This document shows, piece after piece, positions 62,028 through 64,000 of a stretch of 64,000 bases of DNA. The DNA is from Candidatus Dadabacteria bacterium. GTDB taxonomy: Bacteria; Desulfobacterota_D; UBA1144; Nemesobacterales; CSP1-2. Location of the stretch: NCBI GenBank assembly GCA_963805855.1, contig CAWDVW010000005.1, forward strand, positions 384,001-448,000, in the 5' to 3' direction. The first letter of the stretch is position 1; each line of letters opens with the position of its first letter. The notes under the pieces are model-generated. The model was given only the letters and a program-made list of their open reading frames with translations. It searched no databases and was not told where the DNA came from. A program made the position numbers and the translations under genes.

Positions 62028-63129
62028 CTACTTCCTCACCACATACCAGTTGTTCTGGATGTCGTGATCAAGACGGTGCGTTTCGATAGAGCGAAAACCC
62101 GCCCGCTCCAGATACTCCCGCGTTCTTTCTTCTCCCCACATCGCCCCCAACCCTTCACCGCCTTGCGCGAGGGAAACTGTCATGCAGTGCATGCAGGAGA
62201 CCGTATAAAGGAGTGTCCCGATTGGGTGCTCGATGTCCTTATGAATATGGCTCGTACCGCTGATGTCCTGCATCAGATACACACCGTCCGGTTTCAGAGC
62301 CCGGTAAATGCCCCGGAGAACGTTGAGTGGCTTGGCTTGGTCATGGATCGCATCAAAGGTCGCAACGAAATCGAAGGATTCGGCCTCGGCGGTCTCGTCG
62401 AAGTTGCTCAAATCCCTTGCGACGAACTCAATGTTGTTTAGCCCACGCCGTGCTGCCTCCGCTCTTGCGAATGCGATCGCCTCCTCCGAGAGATCCATTC
62501 CCACAAGTCGGCTCCTTGGATAAAGCTCGGCCACTCGCATCATGATCAGACCCCGACCACAACCAACATCAAGAACCCGCATGCCTTTCTGCAAGGACTC
62601 AGTCAAGCCCGGCACGAGCGGGAGGATGTGCGATTCCAGGGACGAAAGCACGGACTGGCCGCTATCCTCCGCCATCACTTCGTGAAACCGTGGGAATCTG
62701 GAATATGGGAACTCCTCCCCCCTTCCTGAAACATTCCACGATGTCATCCTCTACGCCGCCAAGCCCTGAAATATACTGCGTAAATACCGCAATGTTGTCC
62801 GCACCCGCCGACCGGGTGAGAAACGCCGCGTGTTCCGCTGGCAACAGGAACCTGCCGGTGTTCGGATCGATCTCCACCACTCGCCCGGTGACCATGGCTC
62901 CAAGCCACTCACGCACGTAGCGCTCGTTAAGGCCTGAAGCACGTGCGATTTCCTCGGAGGTGCTCGGCGGCAATGTGCTCATGACATCGAAAAGCCCGGT
63001 GCGATGGCCTAAAGAAACCATTAGACAAAGGGCACCATTGTTGAGCACAGTTAGTAATTTGTCGGCGAATCCCTCTGCCTTCGCCTGATCGAATTTGGAA
63101 TCTGCGTCTGTCTTTGACACGGTTCTCAT
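62028..63129 (-). pseudogene. Class I SAM methyltransferase with N-terminal wHTH (Rv2258c-like), one frameshift
   Basis: GLNERYVREWL, FRKGGGVP joined to YSRFPRFH by removing one base near 62708; VLDVGCGRG, FDAIHD, GLGAMWG. Confidence 0.85.
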
Positions 63130-63158
63130 ACCTCCATAGTTGCTGTATTGCTTTTCCC

Positions 63159-63180
63159 GCCTAACGCCGGATTTCAGCCG
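63159..63180 (-). other. Possible 3' half of an integron attC site
   Basis: Minus strand CGGCTGAAATCCGGCGTTAGGC (GTTRRRY) about 30 bp before RBS/ATG of the methyltransferase; no matching RYYYAAC found. Confidence 0.35.
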
Positions 63181-63253
63181 TCGCTTCGACGAGCTGTCGA
63201 TTTCAAACTAACAATGAGCCGACCACCACTTAATATTACAAAATCACCACAGC

Positions 63254-63616
63254 TCATTCATTGATCCATCGCAATGCGTCCTCGCGTTTGCTTGAAGAGA
63301 AACTCCTTATCTCGCCGCTAATCGCCAATGTAGCGATTTTCAATCCCCACTCGACCCATTTTGGCCCGCCAATTACACCCATCTTTTCAAAATCGTTTCT
63401 GTGTGTGAGTCCAAAACGAGAGTCATCCCATAATGCTGCAGCCTCCCAACCATGGAATTCATCACCCATATCCAGCAGAAGCCGCGCCTTGCCGTGTTCG
63501 CGGATAATCGATTCCAAGCGTGGAATAAGTACATCCTTATAGTCCCCGTCTGTCAATTTGCCCACAGCGCCAAGTATAAGAATATTCCCCTTGCTTTCCG
63601 GTGACACCTTAATCAT
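63254..63616 (-). CDS. SpoIIAA-like (STAS/SEC14) protein
   Basis: GKLTDGDY, ARLLL, AALWDD.RFGL.H, IRSFS...EDALRWI. Confidence 0.85.
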   Translation of the reverse strand: MIKVSPESKGNILILGAVGKLTDGDYKDVLIPRLESIIREHGKARLLLDMGDEFHGWEAAALWDDSRFGLTHRNDFEKMGVIGGPKWVEWGLKIATLAISGEIRSFSSSKREDALRWINE

Positions 63617-64000
63617 GGGATTCTCGGTTCAGGTCGCGCGTTGAATTACGCGAATGTTCGCAACCACTTTAAATTATACCGTGTGAAATCGGAAACAGTT
63701 AAACAATAATCACTCGAATGAAACTTCGCATAAACACCCCAATATCTGGTGTTATGAGAACAATTGTCACCCTTATGTTTGTAAGGGAGTATACTTAAAA
63801 ATGTTCCGTTGAGGCAAAATCTACGAGACGAAATGCAATGACAGACCGGGTGTGGGCTCCCGCTAAAGCCCGTACTCCAGTGTCACCCGATCAACGCATT
63901 CGAGTGCAGGATTGATCGGGTAATTAGGTGGAATGACACACCCAAAACGGAATAGCGCAGGGAAATTGTTGCCTGACAGCTTTTTCCTAATTCTGCATCG

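Noticed and set aside
62690-62725. Programmed frameshift in the methyltransferase
   Set aside because: No slippery heptamer or stimulator seen; a single extra base in a short run is better explained by error or mutation.

Overview
Bacterial chromosomal window of moderate GC; the lineage cannot be fixed from sequence alone. From left to right: (1) envelope genes (CpoB/YbgF-like, LysM-RlpA) and an NtrB/NtrC-like two-component pair flanked by divergent sigma-54 promoters with matching TGT-N10-ACA sites. (2) A secreted/lipoprotein operon with two PA2779-like proteins ending in GGDGG-TM-basic tails, next to a C39-like Cys peptidase and TPR lipoproteins. (3) pepF, bcp, a YqeY-family gene, metF and an LLM oxidoreductase. 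(4) A ~4-kb island bounded by 33-bp inverted repeats, carrying a frameshifted AT-rich AIPR-like gene and a frameshifted GC-rich Fic gene, each followed by a near-identical 29-bp repeat. (5) A large di-haem peroxidase-like gene behind a perfect sigma-70 promoter and a structured leader. (6) htpG and an MgtC-family gene. (7) A pentose-phosphate cluster (ppgK, tkt, tal-pgi, HAD, rpiA, rpe, zwf, pgl). (8) An AzgA-like permease, a GHMP kinase plus nucleotidyltransferase, and a heterodimeric ABC exporter split by a REP-flanked DUF559 nuclease. (9) A GC-rich accessory tract (oxalate decarboxylase, LLM, SnoaL, methyltransferase, SpoIIAA-like) in which three consecutive cargo genes end 14-17 bp from a conserved TGACCC-ended repeat, with an integron-integrase remnant. 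The best candidates for undescribed systems are the repeat-delimited gene-cassette architecture (17.8-21.8 kb and 58-61 kb) and the sigma-54-controlled GGDGG-tail/C39 peptidase operon. No rRNA, intact tRNA or CRISPR array was seen.
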